Assembly (NCBI GenBank): GCA_028826165.1
Contig: JAPDFW010000035.1
Location: forward strand, 1-59,773
Length of the DNA: 59,773 nucleotides
Direction of reading: 5' to 3'
Source of the DNA: Anaeramoeba ignava BMAN
Lineage: Eukaryota > Protista > Anaeramoebae
Under the pieces are notes generated by a model. That model was not told where the DNA came from, ran no database searches, and saw only the letters and a program-made list of their open reading frames with translations. Of the stretch, positions 34,999 through 46,452 are shown one piece after another. Position 1 is the first letter of the stretch, and every line of letters starts with the position of its first letter. The translations under genes and the position numbers were made by a program.

Positions 34999-37900
34999 TC
35001 AATCAAGGTTTTCTTTTGTTGATTTAATTATTTTATTTTCAATTAAAAGTTGATGAGCAGAATTAACAATATGCCTAAATCTTGCGCCTCCTAAATGTAT
35101 TCCACCATACCATCTTGTTACAATTATTAATACATTTTCTAAATTAACTTTTTGTAATAAAAATAATAATTTTTCACTTGCTTTTGTTTCTCCATCATCT
35201 TCTTTTCCTTCAATTAAATCTCCATTTTTTTCCCTGATTCTGTATGCATAAATATTATGTGTTGCTTTCGCTATTTTCTTTTTCTTTTTTAATTGTTCCA
35301 AAACTGTTAAAACATCTCCTTCTTTTTCAATTTTTGCAAAGTGAGCAAGAAATTTACCTTTTTTTTCATTTTAAATTAATATTTTTTAAATTAATATTTT
35401 TTAAAATTAATATTTTTAAAACTCAAAATAAAAAGATTATTTATTACTCGCTTTTTTGTTCCCTTATCAAGAAGAATTTCACTTTCAAACACACACAATT
35501 ACTTTTTATTTGTCCTCTTTGTTCAAATTCTCACAAAAAAATTTGGAAAAAGTAAAAAAAAACGAGAAAATTTTATAAATTACAAGTTGCTGATCAGAAG
35601 GTGATCATGTTAATAATCGACTTTTCAGTCAATCGTGAAATACAACAAGAAATCACGATCAACAATATTTTTTTGAAAATTTACCTCATACGCTAATTAT
35701 TCATTTGAAAAGATTGTGCTTTGACGAGATGATCGAAACTTGGAAGAGAGAAGATCCAATCAAAAAAAATTTATTCTTTAATTTGGATTTACTTCGAAAT
35801 GACAAATCTAAAAAAGAAATCCACATACAAATTAATTTCTAGAATCAATCATAATGGAAATTCGGATGGTGGTCATTATTGGTCTGAAATTCAGACACAT
35901 GAGGGAAGCTGGATGAAATTAGATGGATCCTTGAGACAAGAAATCATTTTGGAAAAAGTTACCTCCTCCGTTATAATTGCTGTTTATCAAAAATCATCTT
36001 TGATAAGTTCTAAAAAGAAAAAAATCAAACATTATTCCCAAAAACCCAAATCTTCTAAATTTTTAAAATTTGGAAATTCTTTTGGAGTTTAAAGAACTCG
36101 TGCTTTTGAGTTCCTCTTTTTCCTTTTTTTTACTTTTTTTTTTCTCATAAAGAAAATAAACGAGTCAACCCAAAAAAAAAAAACAAGATATTTGAACAAG
36201 ATCTTAAACAAATTTGAAAAAAAAAATTTATTTAAGATCAGCTCAACCGAGAATCACTCATATTTAAAATAATATTTAAATTAATGGTACCATTTCAGGA
36301 TTGGGCGCGAAATTTGGTGAAGTGAAATGTGGCTATGTCTCATTCATTTTATACTTAGTTTAGGAGTTATGGTGAGCCGGAGGGGTCCCCAAATTAATTA
36401 AAACTCTTGTTTATTTTTTTTTGTTTATTTTTAATTAAAGAATTTTTCAATAAACTTTTTTTAAATTTTACTTTTTGGATTTTTTTTCTTCATTTTCTTC
36501 TTTTTTTGGAATTAATTCCGTTCCGGTTTTGACTCAATTCCAATTTTTTCTGATGGTAAAAAAAAAATAGTAAAAATCAAACTTGTTGCTCAAACAAAAA
36601 GGAAACTGAAAAAATTGTTACTACATGAAGAATCGTGGAATCAATTAATCCTTCGTCTAATTCGATATTTCCGACTTTGATATTCTTGATGCAATTAAGA
36701 TTCGCAAATTTTTCACGGAGTTATTCTCCATTTTACATGAATAATTTTTAATTCCCAAAGTGGAAATTTGAAAGAATATTTTTTCTTTCAAAAATCATTT
36801 TTCATTTTTTTTGATTTTTTTTTGATTAACTTTTTCTTCAACATAAATTATTATAAAAATAAAAATAATAACAAATTATTCAATAACTTCATTATTAGAT
36901 TTTTTTTCTGATTTTTTTTCTATGAGATCAAAAACAAAAAGAAAATGAATTAATAACAAAAATCTTGAAGAATGAATAATAGGAAGTCTTTTTTTGCTTT
37001 AGCGAGCCTATTTTTTTTGATAGCAATTAAAAATAAATTTTTTCTTTTTGATATTTTGTTTTATTTTTATGAAGAGATCGGATGGAGGCACGACGTTTTC
37101 ATGATAAAAAAAAATTTAGTTCAATCCAATCCAAAAAAATTTTTTTCTCAATCAAAATTCATTTTTTTATTTACATTTTTTATGAATTATCAACAACAAT
37201 ATCGTCTGAAACAGAAACAAAATTTTAATTTAACTAAATCAAACAAAAGATCAAAAAAAAAATTCAAAAAAAATCCAAAGTTCATAAATCTCGAATGAAA
37301 AGAAAACAAAAAAATTGAAGAACTTGAAGAAGAAATTAAACAATTAAATCAAGAAATAAAAGTTGTGAAGGAAAAACAGCAAGAGGAAAAAAAACAAGAA
37401 AGAGAAAAGACAATATTTAGTCAAATTGTATTAGGGATAAGATTTTCTCAAATTGAGGAATTAGAAACATGGATGCAAAAAAAAGAAGTAAATTCACATC
37501 AATATTATGGAGTTTTGAAAAGGATAGATGAAGAAGTGGAACAAATTTTGAAAGATGAATTTTGGGCAAATGTACAATTGATTAAGCAGTGGAAGCAAAA
37601 AAACCCACAAGAAAAATTTGTTTTAGCATATGATGGAAGATGGTCTTCTAGGAGAAATGCAAATGAAGGAACTGTTTCCTTTATATGTGTGGAAGGACCT
37701 GAAGAGTTAAAAGGGAAAATTTTTTTTTCATGACTCAAAAAAAGGACAACCATAATAATTCTTTTTATAGAAAGAAAGAAGCCCTGCTTTTTTGAAGATC
37801 AAACAGATTTTAAAAAAGGAAGTTCTGCAATGGAAGGAAAGTCTGCTGAGAAAAGTATGGAAATTTTTATGCAATTTGGTGTGATACCCGATATTGTTGT

Positions 37901-39797
37901 TCACGATCGGGATTCAAGTTCCTTTGGAAATATGAAAATTATTTGTGATAAAAACCAACATAAGCTGGAGGAATTATTTGACCCAAATCATTGGTTTAAG
38001 AACTTTCATACAAAACTTGTAAATTATATTAAAACTTCACAATATTTGAGAAAGGTTTTAAGATATTTCAAAATGATAATAAGCTTCCCTATAAAATTAA
38101 GACAATGGTTCGATTTTTGTAGAAGAAATTGTAAACATAATTATGATACTTTTTGTGAGATGGTTTTGAATTCCATTAGTCATTGGAGCGGACATCATAA
38201 AAATTGTCTTGCTGATTTTTGTAAAGCTGACTTAAATGAATGTGGAAATGAATTTTTATCAAAAAAAAATGAACAAATTTGCACAAAAGTAAAAGATAAA
38301 AAAGAAAGAGATAAATTATTATTGGAAGCCAAAAAAGAGTTAGAATATTTTATAATAGAACAATTAAAAGATGCTATTAAAATAGTCCATCCATATTCAT
38401 CAAATATCGTTGAATGTTGGAATCATTCTTTAACTAAAATGGTTCCAAAAAATCAAAATTTTTGGAAATACTATACAGCTCGATTATCTGTAAGTGCTTT
38501 GAGATGGAATAAGAAAACTTCTGGTATTTTTGATCTTGCGAGTAGGTTAGGTATTGTTTATACAGAAGAAGAAAAAACTAACATAAATAATTTTTATTTA
38601 CAAAAGGAAAATCAAAAGAAAAAACCAAGAACAAAAAAATATAAGAAAAAAGAAAAACAAAATAAAAAATATTATTATAAAAAAGATCAATCAACAAATT
38701 AAAAACAAAATAATGAAAAGAATCAAATTAATTCTAATAAAAATCCCAAAAATTCTCTCTTGATTTTTTTGAGATCAATATGTTAGTTTTATTCCCTGTT
38801 TGCCTCCATTGAGTAAATACATAAAAATTAAAATACTTCAAAAATAGAATTCTTTTTTATATTATTTTAATGTTAAAAAATCAAATTTAAAATTTTATTC
38901 CACTTGCACTACTCCCTTAAAATAATATTTAAATTAATACTTAAAATAATATTTAAATTAATAATTAAAATAATATTTAAATTAATAATTAAAATAATAT
39001 TTAAATTAATATTTAAATTAATATTAAAATTAATATTTAAAATAATATTTAAATTAATATTTAAATTAATATTTAAATTAATATTTAAATTAATATTTAA
39101 ATTAATATTAAAATTAATATTTAAAATAATATTTAAATTAATATTTAAAATAATATTTAAAATAATATTTAAATTAATATTTAAATTAATATTTAAATTA
39201 ATATATAAATTGATATTAAAATTAATATTTAAAATAATATTTAAATTAATATTTAAATTAATATATAAATTGATTTTGAAATTAATATTTAAATTATTAT
39301 TTAAAATAATATTTAAATTATTTACTTTTACGATCAGTAATTTGTCCACCAGAAATAATTTCAGGAATAAATATTCTTTCATTTTGATTTTCATTTTGAT
39401 TTTCATTTTGATTTTGATTTTGAATTTGATTTTCATTTTCATTTTCATTTTCATTTTCATTTTCATTTTCATTTTCATTTTCATTTTCATTTTCATTTTC
39501 ATTTTTATTTAATCCCATTTCTTGTTCAAACTCTTGTCTAATATCTTCCACAATCTGAAATAAACAAGGTTCTCCTTTAAAAGTGTGAAATATTTCATAT
39601 ATTTTATTGATTATCTTTTGTTTAAAAGATTTTGCAAAAGGTCCTTCAATTTTAATTTTATCACAAAATTCATTTGGATAATTTTCACTAATTTCAAAAA
39701 TAATTAAAGATTTTGCAATTTGAATTGTAATTTTGTTTTGATTTTTTGAAATTTCATTAGAATAAATCGATTTCAAAATTTCAAATTCTTCTTGCAT
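34999..39797 (-). CDS. IMPACT: IMPACT/Yih1 (RWD + UPF0029 ancient domain); exons 39797-39326 and 35357-34999, 3968 bp intron
   Basis: Exon 1: QEEFEILKSIY..NYPN..GEPCLFQIVE (RWD) ..IISGGQITDRK. Exon 2: SKFLAH..KIAKATHNIYAYRI..DDGETKAS..VTRWYGGIHLG..RFRHI. A phase-1 GT..AG junction rebuilds TDRKSKFLAH. Confidence 0.92.
35490..36000 (+). pseudogene. Ubiquitin-specific protease (peptidase C19) C-terminal fragment inside the IMPACT intron
   Basis: CPLC, LPHTLIIHLKRL, YKLISRINHNGNSDGGHYWS..WMKLD..IAVYQK (USP His box); no Cys box. Confidence 0.7.
36285..38916 (+). mobile_element. Kolobok/Mutator-like DNA transposon in the IMPACT intron, flanked by TTAA
   Basis: Sharp GC-richer ends (TTAA|TGGTACC... 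and ...ACTCCC|TTAA) interrupting the intron satellite; encodes a DDE transposase. Confidence 0.7.
37183..38702 (+). CDS. DDE transposase (Kolobok / Mutator-like family); one frame with two TGA stops (37296, 37731)
   Basis: YDGRWSSRRNA..GTV, GSSAMEG, VVHDRDSS, FDPNH, HWSGHHKNC, SNIVECWN..PKN..F..Y..R..ALRWN. Confidence 0.82.
38917..39320. repeat. 12-bp minisatellite (TTAAATTAATAT)n in the IMPACT intron
   Basis: Directly visible; the same unit also occurs at 35371-35420 and 36261-36285. Confidence 0.92.
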
Positions 39798-39898
39798 TTT
39801 TATAAAAAAAAATAAAAAAATGAAATTTTAAAAAAAAAAAATTTTTTTTAATTTTTTTAATTTTTTAATTTTTTTAATTTTTTTTAATTTTTAAAAAA

Positions 39899-42800
39899 AT
39901 GTCTAATTGGAAATTACTTTTAGAAGAAATTAAAAAGAATCAACAACAAACAGAAAACAAAAAACCATTAATAAATGCACTTGATTGTCTTTCAGATCAA
40001 ATTAAATCAGGAGAAGAAATTCCAAATGAATTTTTAGAATCTGTTATTGAAACTTTAATAAAATCATTAACATTTTCAAATTGGAATATGAATCAAACAA
40101 TTTTCTCAATTTTTTGTCATGTTATTATTCAAGCTGGAAAAGATAGAATTGTTAATTTTGTTTCTAAATTTGAAAAAAAAGAAGAAAATTCTATTGAAAA
40201 TATTAGTAAGAAAAATGATATTCTTTCAGTTATTTTTGAGACTATTTTATCTGATAAAAGGGAGCTTAGAGATATTTCTGCTCAGGTTTTTATTAATCAA
40301 ATTAAAATTAAAATTAAAATCAAAATTAAAATTAAAATTAAAATTAAAATTAAAATTAAAAATAAAATTTAAAATTAAAATTTAAAATTAAAATTAATTA
40401 AAATATTTAAAATTAAAATTAAAATTAAAATTAAAATTAAAATTAAAATTAAAATTAAAATTAAAATTAAAATTAAAATTAAAATTAAAATTAAAATTAA
40501 AATTAAAATTAAAATTAAAATTAAAATCAAAATTAAATTAAAATTAAAATTAAAATTAAAATCAAGTTGAAATCAAATCAAATCAAATCAAATCAAATCA
40601 AATCAAAATCAAATCAAATCAAATCAAATCAAATTCAAATCAAATCAAATCCAAATCAAATTAAATCAAAAAATTAAAATTTAAATTAAAAATTAAAAAT
40701 CAAAATTTAAATTAAAAATTAAATCAAATCAAATCAAAAAATAAATCAAATTAAATTAAATCAAATAAATCAAATTAAATCAAATCAAATATTTAAAATT
40801 AAAATTAAATCAAATTAAAATTAAAATTAAAATTAAACTAAAATTAAAATTAAATCAAATCAAAATTAAAATTAAAATTAAATCAAAAAATAAAATCAAA
40901 ATCAAATCAAATCAAATCAAATCAAATTAAATTTAAATCAAATCAAATCAAATCAAATCAAATCAAATCAAATCAAATCAAATTAAAATTAAATTAAAAA
41001 TTAAAATTAAAATTAAAATTAAAATTAAAATTAAAATTAAATCAACCAAATTAAATTAAAATAAATTTAAATCAAATTAATCAAATCAAATTAAATAAAA
41101 TTAAATCAAATCAAATCAAATCAAATCAAATCAAATCAAGTTAAATCAAATCAAATCAAATCAAATCAAATATTTAAATTTAAAATTAAAATTAAATTTA
41201 AAATTAAAATTAAAATTAAAATTAAAATTAAAATTAAAATTAAAATTAAAATTAAAATTAAAATTAAATCAAATCAAATATTTTGAAATTAAAATATTTT
41301 TTGTTTTAATAAAAAAAGACATTGGGAAGTTTAAGCTCAGTTCTGAATGACCAAGCCTTCATTCTTGTCCATGATTTTTTACAAACTTATTCTAAATCTT
41401 CAAATTGGCAAATTCTTGAAGGAATTGCAATGGCTATTGGATATATGGTTTCTCGTTGCAAAACAATTTCATTACAAAACTTCCAAGAAATATTCGAAAT
41501 ACTCAGTTCATTAACACAATTCCAAGCAGCAGCAAATTATTCATCATACGTTAGATTAGCAGCATTAAAAGCATTCAACAAAATTATTCGTTCAGAATCA
41601 ATTTATAAACTTCAATCAACAAATCAATTCTCAGAATTTGCAGGAAAAATCAAGGAAATATTTCTAACAGAAATCAATGATGATGAAATTAATACAAGAA
41701 AACAAGCAGCATTTTTATCATCAGGATTAGTTTTACTTCAAATGAGCACACTTGAATCAGACGAATTGAAAACAAAATTTGTAACAGAAACAATTAATGA
41801 ATTACTTGGATTAGCAAACAAAATAACTCGATGGGAATGTCTTCATGGAGTTTGTCTTTCACTTACAAATTTATTTTCAAATCAACAGTGTTTTTTATCA
41901 ATTACTTATGATCCAAATATTCTTAAAATAGTGATTGAAACACTTGAAAAATTCATTCAGAATCAACATTCAAATGAGAAAAGGAAAAATATCAACATGG
42001 ACACAATGGGAAATTCTAATAACTCAGCTTTGGTTGCTTTAGTCAATATTTTCTTGGGAATTTTTCATCTTGAAACCGAGAAAAACGACTTATCAAAATT
42101 GATGGAAAATTTAAGTCTCAAAGAATCAGCATCATCACAATTTCTATCGAAACATATAATCCCACAAATTGACTATCTTCTTGAGACTCCGTTTTGCAAA
42201 CTTATCGATGGCGCGGAAAGTGCTGTTGAAATCCTAATCAAAAACGCACCCATTTATATGCATCCTCATATTTCTGGAGTTTTAGTCAAAATTTTCAAAA
42301 ACATGTTCCATTCATCTCTGCCTGTTCGCGATGCAGCAATTCGTGCATGGAGACTCGGCGTCGCCAATTTAAAAGGAATTGAATTAATTATTACAAAGAA
42401 TTCTAATGTTTTCGATTCTCATCATCTTGATTTTCTTCTTGAAAATTCCACAGAAATTATTGAGAAACTTCGAATTGATTCGCGAAATAATTCTTACGAA
42501 GTTCGCGAAGCTGTATATCGAGGTGTTGCTCATCTACTTTCTTATCTATCTAATAACAAACTTTTTCATGATCCTAATGTTGTTATTAAACTTGTTGATA
42601 TTCTTGTTTATGGATCTCTTGATAAAACTGGGAAACTTTCTGAATTTTCTCGTCTTGCTGCTATTTATGCTTTGGCTTCTTTTTTGGATTCCTCAGTTTA
42701 TTTTGATATTTTTTCAAGTGTTCAAATTTTTGTGGATTTTGTTTCCCAAAAAATTGTTCCTGTTATTTTCCAACTTTTGAGTTCTGAAGAAGAAGAAGAA

Positions 42801-44819
42801 ATCATTGGGTTTTCTCTTGATGTAAATTAAATCAAAATCAAAATCAAAATCAAAATCTAATATTTTAAATTTAATCAAAATCAAAATCAAATATTTTAAA
42901 TTTAAAATTTAAAGGTTGTTTCAGCTTTCTCTTCAAAATGGAGCTCAATTATACAATCAACTAATACTCTATTCACTCCAATTTTAATACTTACAAACTC
43001 TCCAAATGAAAATATTAGATTTCACGCTTTTTCTTCACGCTCTGCTCTTGTCGGAAATTTTTCACAAGCTTTAAAACAAACCCCGAATTTCATAGAATCT
43101 CTTATTAATGGATTTTCTGGTAGATTTAGTTTGGATCCTATTGATAATCCATTTGAAGAAAACAGAATAGCTGTTGCTAGAACAATTTCGGAAATTATTG
43201 TTTCAAAAGATTTTCAAGAAATTCTCTTTCAAACATCATCATTATTATCCAAATTTATTAATATAATTGTTCAGGCATATTTGAACCCAGAAAATTCCCA
43301 ATCAAAAGAAATGAAAATGATACTTATTGGGATAATTTATGTTGTTTTGTTTTGTTTAGATGAGAAATCAATTGATATAATTGATCCACAAATTGAAGAA
43401 TTAATTGATTTTGTTTGTTCACAAGATTTTTGGTTAAGTGATTCTAATGAAAATAACGAAAATGATCCTTATGCAAATTTTGATGATGATGATAATGATA
43501 ATGATAATGATAATGATGATAATGATAATGATAATGATAATAACTCAACTCCTTTTGAGCAAGAAATTCTTGTTGTTTTAGAAATTTTATTGCATTTATC
43601 AAACAAATTTAATAACAAAAAATACTCTCAAAAATTGTCTGAATTCTATACACTATTTTCTAAACAATTTCAAAAAGAATCAAACGATAATTTTCTTCAT
43701 CAAATTTTAACTTCGAAATTGAAACCAAATTTCCAAAACATTAATATTATATCATTCATTGAAGGATTCATAACAAAAAATCCTTCTGAAATTCAACCAA
43801 ACATTTTCCAAGATTTGATTTCCATTTTTTCTGCTCTTCAAAATTCTATTTGTGATCAAAATTCCTCACTTAAATTGACTCAATTTCTTTTGAATATCAT
43901 GGAAATTAAAATTCAAGAAAAACAATTTCATGAATCAATTATTATCAGTTTTGAGATTATCAACAGATTACTTGATAAACAAATTGCAAAGCAAATAATT
44001 CCGCAAATAATGAATTTATTTTCTAAAATCAAAAATTTATCAGAATCAAACGAAAATGATGATTTTTCAGATGAAGAAATTCAAGATGAATTTTGGATAG
44101 AAAAATTTGGTAATTTTTCTTTTTGGATTTATTGCAAATCTCCTTTTGATCATTTTTCTCAAAAGATTTTATTGAAAACTTGGGAATTGATTGATGATAC
44201 ATTGCAAAAGAAACTTGTTGGGTTTTTGTTAAGAAAATTAGAGTTAAATCAATATTTAGAAAAAGAAATTATTGATGATAATTTTCAAATTGAAACAATT
44301 TTAGAACAAAAAAATTTTGTAGAACTTTTCCAAGTTTTCTCTTTAAATTTCAAGAATTTTAATAAGGATTTTATATCTAAGCTTTTTTCTGCTATTTTTG
44401 AAAAGAAAATCAAATTAATTAATCAAGAAAATTTAGAAGAAATGAATGTGGAAAATTGGTTTGAAATTTTGATTAATATTTCAAGAAGCGATTTAAAAAT
44501 TAGAATTGAAAAGGAATTGGAATTTTTGGGTTCATTAACTTCCCAAAAGTATTTTATTGAATTTTCTGAAGGAAAATTGGTTGTTTTAGTTTGTCTTCTT
44601 TGTGCTGAAATTCTTCGATATTCTTCAATTGAAAACGATAAAGAAATTGTTATAGATCTTATTTATTCAACTTTAAAAAGAGTTTTTGATGGTGAAGATA
44701 TGATTAAATTTGCTTTGGAAAGAATGTGTTTATTTGATAAGAAGGGGAAAGTTTATTTTGGCATTCGAGATGAGAAAGAAAAAGGGAAATATAATGAAGG
44801 ATTTTCTGATAATCAATAA
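39899..44819 (+). CDS. Large HEAT/ARM-repeat protein (~1260 aa); exons 39899-40285, 41319-42821, 42915-44819
   Basis: Phase-0 GT-AG introns join three ORFs; HEAT-like motifs ELRDISAQTLG, YVRLAALKAF, PVRDAAIRAW, YEVREAVYRGV. Confidence 0.8.
40295..41280. repeat. Intronic (AAAATT)n/(AAATC)n satellite
   Basis: Directly visible. Confidence 0.92.
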
Positions 44820-46225
44820 TTTACAAAATCAATTTACAAATCAATTTACAAATCAATTTACAAATTAATTTACAAAACAATTTACAAATTAATTTATAAA
44901 ACAATTTACAAAACAATTTATAAAACAATTTACAAATCAATTTACAAAAATCAATTTACAAATCAATTTACAAAACAATTTACAAAACAATTTACAAATC
45001 AATTTATAAATCAATTTACAAAACAATTTACAAATCAATTTACAAAACAATTTACAAAACAATTTACAAAACAATTTACAAAACAATTTACAAAACAATT
45101 TATAAAACAATTTATAAATTAATTTACAAATCAATTTACAAATCAATTTACAAATCAATTTACAAATCAATTTATAAAACAATTTATAAATCAATTTATA
45201 AATTAATTTACAAAAACAATTTACAAAAACAATTTACAAAACCAATTTACAAAACAATTTATAAAACAATTTACAAAACCAATTTACAAAACAATTTACA
45301 AATCAATTTATAAAACAATTTACAAAACAATTTACAAAATCAATTTACTAAAACAATTTACAAATCAATTTATAAATCAATTTACAAAACAATTTACAAA
45401 ATAATTTACAAAACAATTTACAAAACAATTTATAAATCAATTTATAAATCAATTTACAAATCAATTTATAAAACAATTTACAAATCAATTTACAAAACAA
45501 TTTACAAATCAATTTACAAAACAATTTACAAAACAATTTATAAAACAATTTATAAAACAATTTATAAAACAATTTATAAAACAATTTATAAAACAATTTA
45601 TAAAACAATTTATAAAACAATTTATAAAATTAATTTACAAATCAATTTACAAAACAATTTACAAAACAATTTACAAAACAATTTATAAATTAATTTACAA
45701 AACAATTTATAAATTAATTTACAAAACAATTTATAAATTAATTTACAAAACAATTTATAAATTAATTTACAAAACAATTTACAAATTAATTTACAAAACA
45801 ATTTACAAATTAATTTACAAATTAATTTACAAATTAATTTACAAATCAATTTATAAATCAATTTACAAAACAATTTACAAAACAATTTATAAAACAATTT
45901 ACAAAAACAATTTATAAATTAATTTATAAATCAATTTATAAATCAATTTATAAAACAATTTACAAATTAATTTATAAAACAATTTACAAAACAATTTACA
46001 AATCAATTTACAAATCAATTTACAAAACAATTTACAAATCAATTTATAAAACAATTTACAAATTAATTTACAAAACAATTTACAAATTAATTTACAAATT
46101 AATTTACAAATCAATTCCAAAAACAATTCCAAAAATAATCCCAAAAATAATTTATAAAATAATCCCAAAAATAATTTATAAAACAATTCCAAAAATAATT
46201 TATAAAACAATTCCAAAAACAATTT
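44818..46225. repeat. 12-bp minisatellite (AATTTACAAAAC/AATTTATAAATC)n
   Basis: Directly visible; it explains the KLFC/KLIC ORFs. Confidence 0.93.
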
Positions 46226-46452
46226 AAAAAAGGAGAATAGAATTAAAAAAGATTTTTCTTTTTAAAATTTTTCAATAAAAAAATTTTTTTTTTCTTTTAT
46301 ATTTTTTTATTTTTTTGCTTTTTTCATTTTTTTTTTTAATTTCTTTCATTTCTTTTATTTCCTTTTTTTTTAAAAAAACAAACACAAAAAAAAAAGAAAA
46401 ATTTGATTATTTTATTTAAAAAGTAATAAAAAAAATTAATTTTTGATTTAAA

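Noticed and set aside
37296-37733. UGA recoding (Trp/Sec) suggested by in-frame TGAs in the transposase and at 9151
   Set aside because: TGG is used for Trp throughout, TGA ends genuine genes (UBC12, ankyrin-BTB, IMPACT), and the stops sit beside homopolymers where compensating indels or decay explain them
36264-38938. 22-bp target-site duplication around the transposon
   Set aside because: The 22-mer is a piece of the surrounding tandem repeat, so identity is expected; only TTAA is retained as a tentative TSD
44818-46225. CRISPR-like array or telomeric repeat
   Set aside because: Contiguous 12-bp units with no unique spacers, internal location and eukaryotic context
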